A DNA stretch of 62,541 bases from the UHGV virus genome UHGV-0208829, one strand, 5' to 3'. Each line of letters opens with the position of its first letter. The stretch's first letter is position 1. This DNA comes from a virus. Shown piece by piece: positions 49,165 to 59,296 of this stretch. The notes under the pieces were generated by a model that saw only the letters and a list, made by a program, of their open reading frames with translations, did no database searches and was not told the DNA's origin. The translations under genes were made by a program, and so were the position numbers.

Positions 49165-49829
49165 GACGGATGGCCTATGTTGTTACCGATATGCATCGCT
49201 TTTAGGTACGCCGACCACGTACGCGTTGCTTTAGAACTCGTTCGCTCCGCTCCAGGCAAGTCAATACGCCCTTTACCGGTTTGGCGCAGCGATTGATAGA
49301 AAGCACGTTGTAGTGCGTCGTTACCACCACGCGCCCACAAGAACTCTTTCAGTGTCCAGTCGTGACCATCGGAGTACATGATGTATGCCTCTGGGAAGGA
49401 CACCCCGGATGCTTTGGAAGGTCCGACGACTTGACCGGAGAGTTTATCGCGAACTTTGTCGTTTTTCGCAACCGCCATTTTCTTTTCTTGCATCTGTGTC
49501 TGACGACGGACAGGCAAGCGTAAGACTAAGTGAGGGTAACGAGTACGGTGATAGACACCCGTTTTTGGTTCTGTTAACCAGAGTCGTTGCTCCAGGTTTA
49601 CCCCGAGAATTTTGCACACCTCGATATTGCGCAGGTGATCAATTTCGACTTTACTTCCCACCGGGTTGTAAATAGGCAAACCGTTACGAAGTCGGTTAAA
49701 CTGTTCGTCGGTCATTCGTGCGAAGGCTTTCTTCGCGGCTTCGGCATTAATGCCAGAAGGGTCTACCAACTTTAAGATTTGTAAGGCGTAGGCTTCCGCC
49801 TTTTTACGCCGCGCTGGTTCGAGTTTCAT
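49161..49829 (-). CDS. hypothetical protein (222 aa)
   Basis: ATG start. Confidence 0.5.
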   Translation of the reverse strand: MKLEPARRKKAEAYALQILKLVDPSGINAEAAKKAFARMTDEQFNRLRNGLPIYNPVGSKVEIDHLRNIEVCKILGVNLEQRLWLTEPKTGVYHRTRYPHLVLRLPVRRQTQMQEKKMAVAKNDKVRDKLSGQVVGPSKASGVSFPEAYIMYSDGHDWTLKEFLWARGGNDALQRAFYQSLRQTGKGRIDLPGAERTSSKATRTWSAYLKAMHIGNNIGHPS

Positions 49830-50103
49830 TGTCTACCGCCTTACGTAAATTGGATAACGTTTCTGCTTCAAGCAGGTCAATCCAGTAGCTGATAGCTTCC
49901 GTGTTTTCAGGAAGTTCGGAACGTACTGGCGCATACCCGTAACGTACTAATAGATTCGAGTAATACTCAGCGACCTTTAAACAAAAGGATTCCAGATCGG
50001 GAAACGGGTGAGTGAAGGCTTCACGAAATTCGGCCGCTGTTTCTAAATTAACACTTGCCAATCCTTCACTTAAGCGTTCCACAATCTCCGTTTGATAACG
50101 CAT
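49804..50103 (-). CDS. hypothetical protein (99 aa)
   Basis: ATG with AAGGAG upstream; 26-nt overlap with downstream gene. Confidence 0.45.
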   Translation of the reverse strand: MRYQTEIVERLSEGLASVNLETAAEFREAFTHPFPDLESFCLKVAEYYSNLLVRYGYAPVRSELPENTEAISYWIDLLEAETLSNLRKAVDNETRTSAA

Positions 50104-50118
50104 GATGACTCCTTAGGT

Positions 50119-50140
50119 CGGGTAGGGTAAACCCTACCCG
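50119..50140 (-). promoter_or_regulatory. hairpin between co-directional genes just 5' of RBS
   Basis: Stem cgggtagg/cctacccg; T-rich only on plus side. Confidence 0.3.
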
Positions 50141-50147
50141 AGCCTAT

Positions 50148-51644
50148 TTATTTCTTTTTCGTCAGGAACTTCGGTTCTAGTCCATCGACAGCCATACCCA
50201 GAATAGTACGTGCAGTCAGTGTACGTTTACCACCTTTAGTTTCCTGGTCTTTAAACATCCAGTATTCTACCGTGTTGTCCAGAATTTCATTCCAGTCCCA
50301 CTTCACGTCAATCAGTTTGTAAATCTCACCCATGCTGAGATGATACTTCATTTCAAGACGATGGTAGTTGTTTTGCATATACGCAATTGCCGCAGTGATT
50401 TCTAAAGCGCGACGTAAGCGGGCGTTATCAGAAATCATATCACGGATTGTCGTGCGTTGGAATTTCACACCAGGTAGAATGTCCAGTTCTTTGATGGAAC
50501 CACCACTACCGCTTGATGTGAAACCAAAGTCTGACTTCTTCAGCGTGTCACTTAAATAGTGCCACAGGCTCAGGTGATATAACAAACCCATTTCCTGAGA
50601 GAAGATCATCTGGAATTTCACACCGGTATGACCACCCTTCGCACGATACTGGGTAAAGGTGATAATCTTCAAGTCGTTTACCGACGCATTCATCGCCTTA
50701 GAACGTGACGTCGGATAAAGTTCTTCGTTAACACCGGTCTGCGCGTTATAGCTCTGGTCTTTCTTCAGTTCCCCTGATTTCGTCGCGACGATAAAAGAGT
50801 TTGTTAAGAAGCTAAGCTGACGGCGAGGAATACCTGCGAATTTGAGGTCATCGTTGGCGTCGTCGAGAATTTTCGCATTTGCTTTTTGTGCCTGTCGGCC
50901 ACCCGCCATCGCTTTCCCAGAGTCATCGGCCATCTGTGCCACGAAGCCCATGTAAAAACCGCCGCGTGCAAACGCAGACGGCCAGCGGCTCATCATATTC
51001 GATTTTTGCAGCGCATCGTGGGCGTTCAGGATGTTCTGATCAGAATCCCCGATATCCGTTTTTGCGTGTTTGTCTTCCAGTGAACTGGAATGCCACTCTG
51101 ACAGGGAGTCGATAGAATAAAGCCAGGGGTCCAGGATTTCTTTTAACTTGCGACGAACCGGATCGGGGAACGGTGTTACGCGGGTCTTACCAGACATATA
51201 CTGTTTGAAGCGTTTTTCAACTTCATCACGAATATAATCACTGTAATACTGTTCCCCAGGCATTACGTCAGAACCGACCAGGTTATAACGACCTTCGTGG
51301 ATAAGTTCCAGTACGGATGTTCCGTCGTCGATACCGTTGGCGTTCATGGCAGAGATGTACCCAGTTTCTAAACGATCGAGGGCAGCGGACACTTCTGTAT
51401 CGTACTTAGAACCCCACTCTGCTTTATAACGTTGCAGGATTTGGAAGATACAGAAATCTAACAAGGTGGATTTAAAGGTGTTACCGCGACCTGCGAAACC
51501 CATGATGTGGGCAAAACCACCGTTAAGGTAGTACAAACCATCTTCACCTTTTTCGTAGTTACCTAAGGCATGATCCATGATGGTGTAAACGTTAAAACGT
51601 GGACGAATTACTTCACCGATAACTTGCTTAGTTGGGCCTGCCAT
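50148..51644 (-). CDS. UvsX/RecA-family recombinase-like ATPase
   Basis: 498 aa; deviant Walker A FAGRGNTFKST with same G-x5-K-S spacing as T4 UvsX GPSKSFKS; Walker B-like YSIDSLS. Confidence 0.5.
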   Translation of the reverse strand: MAGPTKQVIGEVIRPRFNVYTIMDHALGNYEKGEDGLYYLNGGFAHIMGFAGRGNTFKSTLLDFCIFQILQRYKAEWGSKYDTEVSAALDRLETGYISAMNANGIDDGTSVLELIHEGRYNLVGSDVMPGEQYYSDYIRDEVEKRFKQYMSGKTRVTPFPDPVRRKLKEILDPWLYSIDSLSEWHSSSLEDKHAKTDIGDSDQNILNAHDALQKSNMMSRWPSAFARGGFYMGFVAQMADDSGKAMAGGRQAQKANAKILDDANDDLKFAGIPRRQLSFLTNSFIVATKSGELKKDQSYNAQTGVNEELYPTSRSKAMNASVNDLKIITFTQYRAKGGHTGVKFQMIFSQEMGLLYHLSLWHYLSDTLKKSDFGFTSSGSGGSIKELDILPGVKFQRTTIRDMISDNARLRRALEITAAIAYMQNNYHRLEMKYHLSMGEIYKLIDVKWDWNEILDNTVEYWMFKDQETKGGKRTLTARTILGMAVDGLEPKFLTKKK

Positions 51645-51659
51645 TTAGCGCTCCGATAA

Positions 51660-51959
51660 TTAACGATTCTTGGTCGGAAGAAGGAGACGGCGGTTGTGCC
51701 AGAATTCAAAGTAGGTCTCTACCCACTCAGTAACTTCTTCCGCATTTTCAGGATAAGGGTTTTCAATAGACTCGAAACGGCGTTTATTACGCTCGTCAAT
51801 TTCCAGTTCCATAACACGTTTACCGCTCGGGCACGACGTTACGCTCAAGACTTTTCCAACTTGAATAGGCTTACCGTTCTGACCTTTTTTAACAGGGGTC
51901 AGATAAATTTCCGGTTCTAAACGCGGTGTGGTGTTTCGAGTCAGTAATTTGATTTTCAT
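51660..51959 (-). CDS. hypothetical protein (99 aa)
   Basis: ATG start. Confidence 0.45.
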   Translation of the reverse strand: MKIKLLTRNTTPRLEPEIYLTPVKKGQNGKPIQVGKVLSVTSCPSGKRVMELEIDERNKRRFESIENPYPENAEEVTEWVETYFEFWHNRRLLLPTKNR

Positions 51960-52057
51960 CGAGCTTTACCTTTATGGAAGAGTCTCGGTCATAAGGTTTG
52001 GGTGAACTGTAAAAAGACTTTACTATGTAACCCTGACTTATAATCCGAGGTTTTAGA

Positions 52058-52813
52058 ATGAATGTAAATCCACTTGCAGCGTTATCTAGCTTCGCCGCTA
52101 AAGCGTCTGCAATCTTACCGAAAGGGTTTAGTGGCCCTCAACAAGAGATTGCATTAACCACTTATGACGAGATGTCGGACGTTTCCAAGTGGATGCAACA
52201 AGAAAAATTCCTACACTTTGCGGGAATGTTGGTTATCGTTCCACCTGGGTTTAATACCTACGTGATGGATCACTTGAACCGCTTAGAATCTGTATGGAGT
52301 TCACTACAAAACATCTACACGGGTATTCTGCTGCCGGTCGATAAACAACTTTCGGCCCTTACACATGATGTGGGGGTACTGTCATTACCGATTGGTTTCC
52401 GTTACAAAAATGTTAATTTACCGCTACGTAATGTTAACCCGAAAGACCTGGTTAACTTATTAGCGAAATCGTACACTAATAACGTTATTGACCAGCGACC
52501 AATTGAGAAGACGTACCATAGCGCTTCTGAGATTGACGTTGCGTTCAATCGTGCTAAAGCCCTGAACGTTGAAATTACGAAACGTTTACGGACGAACATC
52601 GACAAGTCAATCGAGTCCATTCGCACTACGTCGGAAATCTTGTCTGAACAAAACATTCATCCGAATGTAGCAAAAGAACTGACGATGATGTTAGATTTTG
52701 CATCCGATTGGGTGGAGCTGTTTGGTCTGTTCATGAAACAGGTTAACGAGTTAATCGAATGCCTGAACGTTACTGCCGAACGCTTAAAAGCGCTTAAGGC
52801 AAACAAAAAATAA
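52058..52813 (+). CDS. hypothetical protein (251 aa)
   Basis: ATG with GAGG upstream; terminator after stop. Confidence 0.55.
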   Translation: MNVNPLAALSSFAAKASAILPKGFSGPQQEIALTTYDEMSDVSKWMQQEKFLHFAGMLVIVPPGFNTYVMDHLNRLESVWSSLQNIYTGILLPVDKQLSALTHDVGVLSLPIGFRYKNVNLPLRNVNPKDLVNLLAKSYTNNVIDQRPIEKTYHSASEIDVAFNRAKALNVEITKRLRTNIDKSIESIRTTSEILSEQNIHPNVAKELTMMLDFASDWVELFGLFMKQVNELIECLNVTAERLKALKANKK

Positions 52814-52829
52814 AAAAAAAGTAAAGTTA

Positions 52830-52853
52830 CCCCTAGACCGTGTGGTCTAGGGG
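52830..52853. terminator. bidirectional intrinsic terminator
   Basis: 10-bp stem cccctagacc/ggtctagggg, loop gtgt, A-run upstream and T-rich downstream. Confidence 0.7.
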
Positions 52854-52861
52854 TAAACTAT

Positions 52862-53761
52862 TTATTTCCCACGATAAAATCCAGAAATGTAACTCGGCGC
52901 TATCCATCGCCATTCGCGCCAGCGCATTTCTGACATCTTACCACACCATACACGCTTCCAATGCGCACGACGGATATGTGCGGCGCAATAAATCGCCAAA
53001 CAAACCTCGTGTCCTTCCTTGCGTTGCTGCTCTATATCTTCCCATTGTAGCGGACTTACATCTAAAACGACCGCTTCACTACGTGGGCGAATTTCTGTAT
53101 CAGGAACATAACGAATGGACCTTCCACGAAATTCTTTCTTCTCACGTTCAGTTCGTTTAATTCGCGATGAAAGATATAACCCGATGTAGACCGCGTCGAG
53201 TAGTCGTTGATTCTCCTTAACCGAAGTAAGGAGCGGCTTTAACTCCACGAAATCATCATTACTTTTATCGATCGTGTAAATCTCAAACTCCATGTATACC
53301 GACTCGTCATGTTCTTCGCATGACATCACAAAGAGAACTTCTTCACCTTCGTAAAGACGTCTTCCGATAAATAACGTGATTGGACTTTCGTCGAGATTTA
53401 CAGTAACCGAGAAAGTAAATGAAGGGATGGTTTCTATCCAGAAGTACGGGATATTTTTTAGTCTCTCAGTTTTTGCTAAGAGCGCCATCAGTTCTTCATC
53501 CGAGATGATTTCAACAGCAGCGTATTGCCATCCTAGTCCCAGGGACTGCTTAATCAGTCTGGGGATCTGTTCGGTAACGCCATACTCACGATAGGTCGGA
53601 TCTTTAACTGGCATAAACGTTACGGGTATTTGACGTTTATGCTCGTTAATGAACCGAATAAAGCGACACTGATCTAATCCGTGAATTGTTTGGTGTGCCT
53701 TTTCTATTTGTTCGCTCATGCGTCTTAGCGCTTTCCCGTAAAGTCTATTATTCGTTGTCAT
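52862..53761 (-). CDS. hypothetical protein, tandem paralog B (299 aa)
   Basis: Track start 53917 overlaps upstream gene; ATG at 53761 has AGGAG 8 nt upstream; C-terminal AAHIRRAHWKRVW...WIAPSYISGFY. Confidence 0.5.
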   Translation of the reverse strand: MTTNNRLYGKALRRMSEQIEKAHQTIHGLDQCRFIRFINEHKRQIPVTFMPVKDPTYREYGVTEQIPRLIKQSLGLGWQYAAVEIISDEELMALLAKTERLKNIPYFWIETIPSFTFSVTVNLDESPITLFIGRRLYEGEEVLFVMSCEEHDESVYMEFEIYTIDKSNDDFVELKPLLTSVKENQRLLDAVYIGLYLSSRIKRTEREKKEFRGRSIRYVPDTEIRPRSEAVVLDVSPLQWEDIEQQRKEGHEVCLAIYCAAHIRRAHWKRVWCGKMSEMRWREWRWIAPSYISGFYRGK

Positions 53762-53786
53762 TTTAATACTCCTAAACACTTTTAGC

Positions 53787-54713
53787 TTAATTGTGGGGTA
53801 CGTAGCCACGGACAAATGTAGGTGGAATCCAACAAAGTTTTCTCTTTCTTTCACCATTTCTAGGGCCGACCCAATATCTGCGCCAGTGAGCGCGACGGAT
53901 GTGGGCAGCCTTAGCATGTTTGATACCCTGCATGGTTTTCAAGTCAGTGTTAAACCCTTTTAGATAATTCACTTGTCCTGGCGTGATATCTATCTTAACA
54001 TCGCGTTCACGAGGTTTAACGTCGTAACTAATACTACCGTTCTTTTTGATTTCCTTGAACTTAATATCATTAAAAGACTCCCTGTAATTAGGCGGGATTA
54101 GCGTACACAGAAATATCATCGAAGTGGCGGCTTTGGCCAGAGATAACCATAGCATCTTTTCTTGTTCGTTCTCCACACCGTCGGCATAGTCGATTTCAAC
54201 AAGCCCGTTTCCAACACTACATATCTCTAACGAGCAGGTGGCGATTGTGGTAACGCCTTCTGTTAACCCGTAATCAGTATTTGTAGCAATTATAATAAAC
54301 CTTCTCTTCCCGTTTTTTCGATAGCCGAGAAAGAAAGTCTCATCCTCTTTACCTACGTCGATTGCTACAGTCCATGTGGGTATAAAGTCCAACCATTCTT
54401 CAGGGAATTTACTGGGCATCTCAGTCTCGAAAACAAGTTCTCTAAGTGCTTGGTTGGATATTAAGGAAGCACCACCGTATAGCCATCCAATTGCCAATGT
54501 TTGAGCGTGAAGGGAACGGGGATCTTTGAGACCTAACTCAGCGTCGTAAGGTATAAAGGCATTGGTTAAATGGTTACGATTCTTTTTTATCCATTTCGAG
54601 ACAGGATTTTCCTTTATTCGGTTTTCTTCCATGACATTTTCAAGATGCTGAGACCCCATTTGTCTAAGGCAGTCTTTAATACCTTTTACTTTTTTACTTT
54701 TGTACAAATACAT
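53787..54713 (-). CDS. hypothetical protein, tandem paralog A (308 aa)
   Basis: ATG start; C-terminal AAHIRRAHWRRYW...WIPPTFVRGY shared with paralog B. Confidence 0.5.
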   Translation of the reverse strand: MYLYKSKKVKGIKDCLRQMGSQHLENVMEENRIKENPVSKWIKKNRNHLTNAFIPYDAELGLKDPRSLHAQTLAIGWLYGGASLISNQALRELVFETEMPSKFPEEWLDFIPTWTVAIDVGKEDETFFLGYRKNGKRRFIIIATNTDYGLTEGVTTIATCSLEICSVGNGLVEIDYADGVENEQEKMLWLSLAKAATSMIFLCTLIPPNYRESFNDIKFKEIKKNGSISYDVKPRERDVKIDITPGQVNYLKGFNTDLKTMQGIKHAKAAHIRRAHWRRYWVGPRNGERKRKLCWIPPTFVRGYVPHN

Positions 54714-54748
54714 GGTTTATTCTCCTAAAATGGTTAAAAATAAAGTAA

Positions 54749-54766
54749 CCCTAGCCGAAGCTAGGG
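54749..54766 (-). terminator. intrinsic terminator for gene 54773..55261
   Basis: Stem ccctagc/gctaggg, loop cgaa, minus U-tract. Confidence 0.6.
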
Positions 54767-54772
54767 TGTCTA

Positions 54773-55261
54773 TTAGTCGATTTTGACGTAATCAGGATAA
54801 TTAGCTTTTAGCCACTCCCATAGTTGCAGAGCAAGTTGGTTTTCGTTACGCTTGATGATTTCTACGATTTCGTTCAAGAGAGAGTCTTCAACCCAAATCC
54901 GGGTATAAAATTTTTCCCATTCCGGTTCTGTATAAGGGACTAGCGGAGTAGGGAATCGACCCATGTGGTACGCATCAGAAACTTTCTTTAAGAACTCGTT
55001 GCGACCATGGCGTAGACGTTGCCGAACGTCTGTTTCTGTCATGCGCTTGCTTGATGGATCGAAGAAGTCAAGTATGATAAATATGTATCCAAATAAGCTC
55101 TGAGAAGAAAAGTAGGACGCGGCGTAGTCCGCCATCCAGGGAGTGTCTACAACCAACGGAGTCAACTTTTCTTCAATTTCTTTTCTTACACGTGTTTCGT
55201 TATTGAGAAATTCATGTACGAAATCGGTGTCACGAATATCGAAGTTATGATTTAAGTTCAT
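54773..55261 (-). CDS. hypothetical protein (162 aa)
   Basis: ATG start. Confidence 0.5.
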   Translation of the reverse strand: MNLNHNFDIRDTDFVHEFLNNETRVRKEIEEKLTPLVVDTPWMADYAASYFSSQSLFGYIFIILDFFDPSSKRMTETDVRQRLRHGRNEFLKKVSDAYHMGRFPTPLVPYTEPEWEKFYTRIWVEDSLLNEIVEIIKRNENQLALQLWEWLKANYPDYVKID

Positions 55262-55262
55262 T

Positions 55263-55787
55263 TTATTGTCCTAAAATTGGGGAGAGTTTGTCTGCGGTGT
55301 TTAACAACGCTTTTGTAATTTCGTGGTTGGTCTCTTTTAGGATGGCGCAGCAGAGAGTGGTATAAACCTCGATTGCTAACGTGATTTCTTGTTCAGTCAG
55401 GCACGGTTCGGTACCGCCAACCCCATAACGTTGAGCTGCATATTCAATTTCAAGTTTCAAACGTTTTCGTAGTGCTTCGTCATTAGTTAAACGCGTACAT
55501 GTCCGATCGAAACGTCTATTGTAAGCCTCGATCTTGTGGACAATTTCGCGTCGCAGTTGGTCGACATTTACGTTATCATCAAGAGTGATGGTGACGTTGT
55601 CAACTAAACAGTAATGCACTGTGTGTCGTAAGTTGTGTAATGTGGCGACAGTAACGACCCGCTCCTGATGGTCGCTAAAGCCGTGAGCACCACAGAGCTT
55701 GCGTGCAACTGCGCCGGAGATTTTCTCCTCTAGCGCTATCGGTGTGGCAATGGTTGTTTTCTTACGAAGCTGAATTAAAATATCCAC
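55263..55787 (-). CDS. hypothetical protein (174 aa)
   Basis: GTG start with AAGGAG 8 nt upstream. Confidence 0.5.
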   Translation of the reverse strand: MDILIQLRKKTTIATPIALEEKISGAVARKLCGAHGFSDHQERVVTVATLHNLRHTVHYCLVDNVTITLDDNVNVDQLRREIVHKIEAYNRRFDRTCTRLTNDEALRKRLKLEIEYAAQRYGVGGTEPCLTEQEITLAIEVYTTLCCAILKETNHEITKALLNTADKLSPILGQ

Positions 55788-55789
55788 GA

Positions 55790-56332
55790 TTATACTCCTT
55801 TAAGTTGACCGTATTTTGATGACAGGTAGATGAGTTCAGCATGGCAGATTTTCTCAACTAACCCGAGTGTCTCAAGGAAAATATCCCGGATACGGGACAT
55901 TGTTTCATTGGTAAGAATATCGCTCCAACACGTTGTGTCTATTATATCCGTCGTTGAAGATTGTCGCTGCAATATGGCGACATACACTTCATCGAGGGTA
56001 TCTGGAGCATTATTCTGTAAGTAATGCGCGGCATGTAGAAAGGCTTTCTCAAGAATCAGGTGAATATCCGTATCGGGATCAGTTACCCGCACCAAATGTG
56101 GGTATGTCATGGCCGAATGGATTTTTCGCTCTAACTGTTCAATGAGATTATTCACCATCGCTTCTGAATCCAGGATAGTAATTTCGACCCCACTGTGTTC
56201 TTCAGAAATCTTGTTCTCATGTACTGCTATCGCGTCGTGCAGTTCAAACGCAACGCGGCTACGCATCCCACTTAACAGTTTGTTTAATTTACCCCGTGAC
56301 TCGCTGAGTGAGAAATCGATAAGTATTTTCAT
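55790..56332 (-). CDS. hypothetical protein (180 aa)
   Basis: ATG start. Confidence 0.5.
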   Translation of the reverse strand: MKILIDFSLSESRGKLNKLLSGMRSRVAFELHDAIAVHENKISEEHSGVEITILDSEAMVNNLIEQLERKIHSAMTYPHLVRVTDPDTDIHLILEKAFLHAAHYLQNNAPDTLDEVYVAILQRQSSTTDIIDTTCWSDILTNETMSRIRDIFLETLGLVEKICHAELIYLSSKYGQLKGV

Positions 56333-57075
56333 TATGCATATTCCTGATAAATTGCCCGACCCCGATCTTCTCGAATCTGGCAGTAAGTTACAACAGCACC
56401 ATTAGGGATTTGTGCTCCGCTGTCTTCAAGGTAAATAACGCCCGTAGCTTCACAGAGGTAAAACGACCACAATCGTGAGATACCAAGCCGTGCGTTCTCG
56501 TAGTCACTGAATGGCCAGAAACCACAGTGAAGCTCAACATAGTCTCCACGTTCTATCCCGTAAGCAATCAATTCTTTTTCCCACAACGTACATTCGGCGT
56601 CGTAAATCGAAAACCAGAAACCAACGAGGTTCTTTGTTTGTTTAACGTTGAGTAAGTCGTTATAAATGGGGAAGAGTGCTTTATTGAAACTTTCTAACAT
56701 CTCTGGAGAGAATAGAAAATTCATGTAGTATTCTAGCCATTGATAAACGGCTTCCCAGACATCTTCAGAAGAGAAATGTTCGAATACAGCGTCATCGCAA
56801 TCGTAGTTATCGAAGATCCCTGAGAGATCTATTTCGACTACGCCGCGAAGGTCAAAGTTTCGGTTGGTATTGACAGCCTCGATAACTTCGGAGATGAGAC
56901 GAGTAAAGACGATTGTGCAAGCCGTCTGTGCGGTATAAAAGAATTCTCCTTGTACGGTTGACCACTTTGGGTCCTTCAAATGTTCATTGAAGTATTGTGG
57001 CCAAATTTTATAAAAGATTCCCTCGAACAACGAGGGATTGATACGTTGTAATTGAGGGACATAAACTTTTAGCAT
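56332..57075 (-). CDS. hypothetical protein (247 aa)
   Basis: ATG start; promoter-like motif 20-40 nt upstream. Confidence 0.5.
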   Translation of the reverse strand: MLKVYVPQLQRINPSLFEGIFYKIWPQYFNEHLKDPKWSTVQGEFFYTAQTACTIVFTRLISEVIEAVNTNRNFDLRGVVEIDLSGIFDNYDCDDAVFEHFSSEDVWEAVYQWLEYYMNFLFSPEMLESFNKALFPIYNDLLNVKQTKNLVGFWFSIYDAECTLWEKELIAYGIERGDYVELHCGFWPFSDYENARLGISRLWSFYLCEATGVIYLEDSGAQIPNGAVVTYCQIREDRGRAIYQEYA

Positions 57076-57095
57076 TTTAATAACTCCAATGGTGT

Positions 57096-57117
57096 TACAC
57101 CTGGATAATATCTATCT
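57096..57117 (-). promoter_or_regulatory. conserved promoter-like motif, site 3 (plus reading ttacacctGGATAATATCTATC)
   Basis: Same motif as sites 1 and 2; overlaps 3' end of gene 57112..57780. Confidence 0.4.
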
Positions 57118-57780
57118 AAGAATATTTTTAGCGAAAAAAGGATCGACTGTAAACTCCTTCACCTGTGAGTCATAACCCGAATGTATTTGATCGCTACTGA
57201 GCAAATACCCGTCTAAATCGTGTGGAAGAATCCAAGAATCGCCTTGTTTAAAAATACCATAATCTGTTGTTCCAGAGGAAAAAACGATTTCCTCTGGAGA
57301 CGAATAGATGTGGCGTAAGGCAAGATCTGACGGCTTTAACACGATTAATCGAACGGGATGTTGACTGACTGCCTCTTTAATAAACTGTTCACGATTAAAC
57401 CAAATTATTTTTTCGGGGTAAGTTTCGAATTCAGCCCATGTCCGCGTGATAACTAATTTGGAAATCTTTCTCAATTCTTCAGAATGCTCTGCGTAGCCGA
57501 TACACTCCTTGCGCACTTCATGATTTTCTACCGATGCTGCGAATTTTTGGAATAGGTGTTGTTGGAAAAAGCCGTTCTCCGGGATATCACAACCTGCGTT
57601 GTATAGTGCAATGATCTCCCACAACAACGAAAGAGAAAACACAAATGCTAACTTTTCCACCACTTCCCAATCTTCGGAGTAAGGGGCTTTAAAGCCCCAA
57701 TACTGCCGTGCGTTATACATAAAGTGAGTTTGTAAAAACCGGGGGGCTTTTGACAAGACCTCACTATAAACGATCAGCAT
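57112..57780 (-). CDS. hypothetical protein (222 aa)
   Basis: ATG start; 7-nt overlap with upstream gene. Confidence 0.5.
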   Translation of the reverse strand: MLIVYSEVLSKAPRFLQTHFMYNARQYWGFKAPYSEDWEVVEKLAFVFSLSLLWEIIALYNAGCDIPENGFFQQHLFQKFAASVENHEVRKECIGYAEHSEELRKISKLVITRTWAEFETYPEKIIWFNREQFIKEAVSQHPVRLIVLKPSDLALRHIYSSPEEIVFSSGTTDYGIFKQGDSWILPHDLDGYLLSSDQIHSGYDSQVKEFTVDPFFAKNILR

Positions 57781-59294
57781 TCAAGCTCCTTATCCGTCAA
57801 TATTCGTTTGTTTGAATAATAGCCACACCACAACCCATGATATTTTTCCCCAATATAAACCAACGCGTACTCGATATACTGCCGTTCTGGACGCCGTACC
57901 GCCACGTAGAATCGTCCTTCTGGTTCTTTCATACGGTTGATTTCCGTACGCGTCGGTATGTCGATACCTCGAGTAAGGATGGTTTTAACCTTGTTTTTGC
58001 TACCAGGGATATGGATGGCTACGTCAAAACCTTTATCTACGTTACGATAAAAGTCTTTCTTCGGCTTACCTTTCTCATCGTAAAGCAGGTCAGTAATGTC
58101 GTTCATTACGACTGAGTTTTTCCCCTCCATGGCATCGCGTAACCAACCTGCAAGCTCATCACGAATCGTAATGCAGCGATAAGACAATAACGCGGGACGA
58201 AGAATTCGTGTAATCGAAAGATCTTCAAACATCCACAGGTTTTTGTCTTCGCTAAAATGCATCCGATCGATAGGAATACCGTTAGCTGCGGCTTCTGCGA
58301 ACTTTTTACGCTTTACGAATAAGTTAAATACAACGGCGATGGGATCAAATTGACGTAAACGGGGCACCCCTTCCCACGCTTTCGCAGAGTGGGTATTTAC
58401 CAACTCGTATACGTTATCCCACGGTTCTTTGGTAAACATTACGCAGAATTGTGCGTCTGGAATGTACTTACCAACGAAGACGATATCGTCCTTCTGTTTT
58501 GCATGGTTCCCACCGAACATGTAATAAAGTTTATTACCGTTAACCGTAACCGTGGGATGGGGTTCGTTCACCATCGGGTAACAGAACTTCGTAACACAGA
58601 TATCGGGAAAAGCGGACAAATTGACACCTTCACCAACAACTTCTGGTTGCTGTTCTTCCTCAGGCATCTCGTCTTTTGACCAATACGGTGTATAGTCTAA
58701 CCCATCACCTCGAGCCGAAATACTTGAACCTTTCCGTGCTAACTCGTCGGCACGCTCGTTTCCATAGCGTCCTGAGTGCCCTTTAATTTTAAGGACACGA
58801 ACACCTTTCCCTTCTTTCTTTAACCGCTGTTTAACCTCCCACATCCGTTGGATTAATTCCAAGTTCGCAATAGGCGTACCGTCTGCACGACGCCAACCGC
58901 GTGCAGCCCAACCATCAATCCAATCGTTATACGTGTTGACAACGTAAGATGCGTCAATATAGATAACATAGTTTTTGGCAACGAAAGGTGCGTGTTCGAA
59001 GACGGTCAGGAAAGCCACGAGTTCTGCAACGTCGGAGTGTGACATTTTTGGTACAGGCACAACACCGTCAATAAACTCCACGGTTTCTGGTAAAGGTGGA
59101 AGTTTTTCATCCTTGTTTATCTGGCGGTATCCTGACGTCGTAATCCCCTCGGGAATAGAGGGATGGCGGTAAACCCGACCATCCTCAATCGTTTCACGAT
59201 TAAATAAGTATCCATGAATCCCCGCTCCTGTACCGAGCGGGGAGGTCAAATGGCTACCATCCGTGTAAATTACTGCAACATCAACGTTCTTCAT
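57774..59294 (-). CDS. RNase HI-domain protein with ~300-aa C-terminal extension
   Basis: N-terminal IYTDGS ... SDVAELVA ... IYIDASYV ... W..W..GW ... VKGHSGRYGNERADELA matches RNase HI catalytic D-E-D-D and basic protrusion. Confidence 0.7.
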   Translation of the reverse strand: MKNVDVAVIYTDGSHLTSPLGTGAGIHGYLFNRETIEDGRVYRHPSIPEGITTSGYRQINKDEKLPPLPETVEFIDGVVPVPKMSHSDVAELVAFLTVFEHAPFVAKNYVIYIDASYVVNTYNDWIDGWAARGWRRADGTPIANLELIQRMWEVKQRLKKEGKGVRVLKIKGHSGRYGNERADELARKGSSISARGDGLDYTPYWSKDEMPEEEQQPEVVGEGVNLSAFPDICVTKFCYPMVNEPHPTVTVNGNKLYYMFGGNHAKQKDDIVFVGKYIPDAQFCVMFTKEPWDNVYELVNTHSAKAWEGVPRLRQFDPIAVVFNLFVKRKKFAEAAANGIPIDRMHFSEDKNLWMFEDLSITRILRPALLSYRCITIRDELAGWLRDAMEGKNSVVMNDITDLLYDEKGKPKKDFYRNVDKGFDVAIHIPGSKNKVKTILTRGIDIPTRTEINRMKEPEGRFYVAVRRPERQYIEYALVYIGEKYHGLWCGYYSNKRILTDKELEC

Positions 59295-59296
59295 TC

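Noticed and set aside
52037-52043. TTATAAT resembling a sigma70 -10 box upstream of gene 52058
   Set aside because: No convincing -35 hexamer at 16-18 bp spacing; a single AT-rich hexamer is expected by chance.
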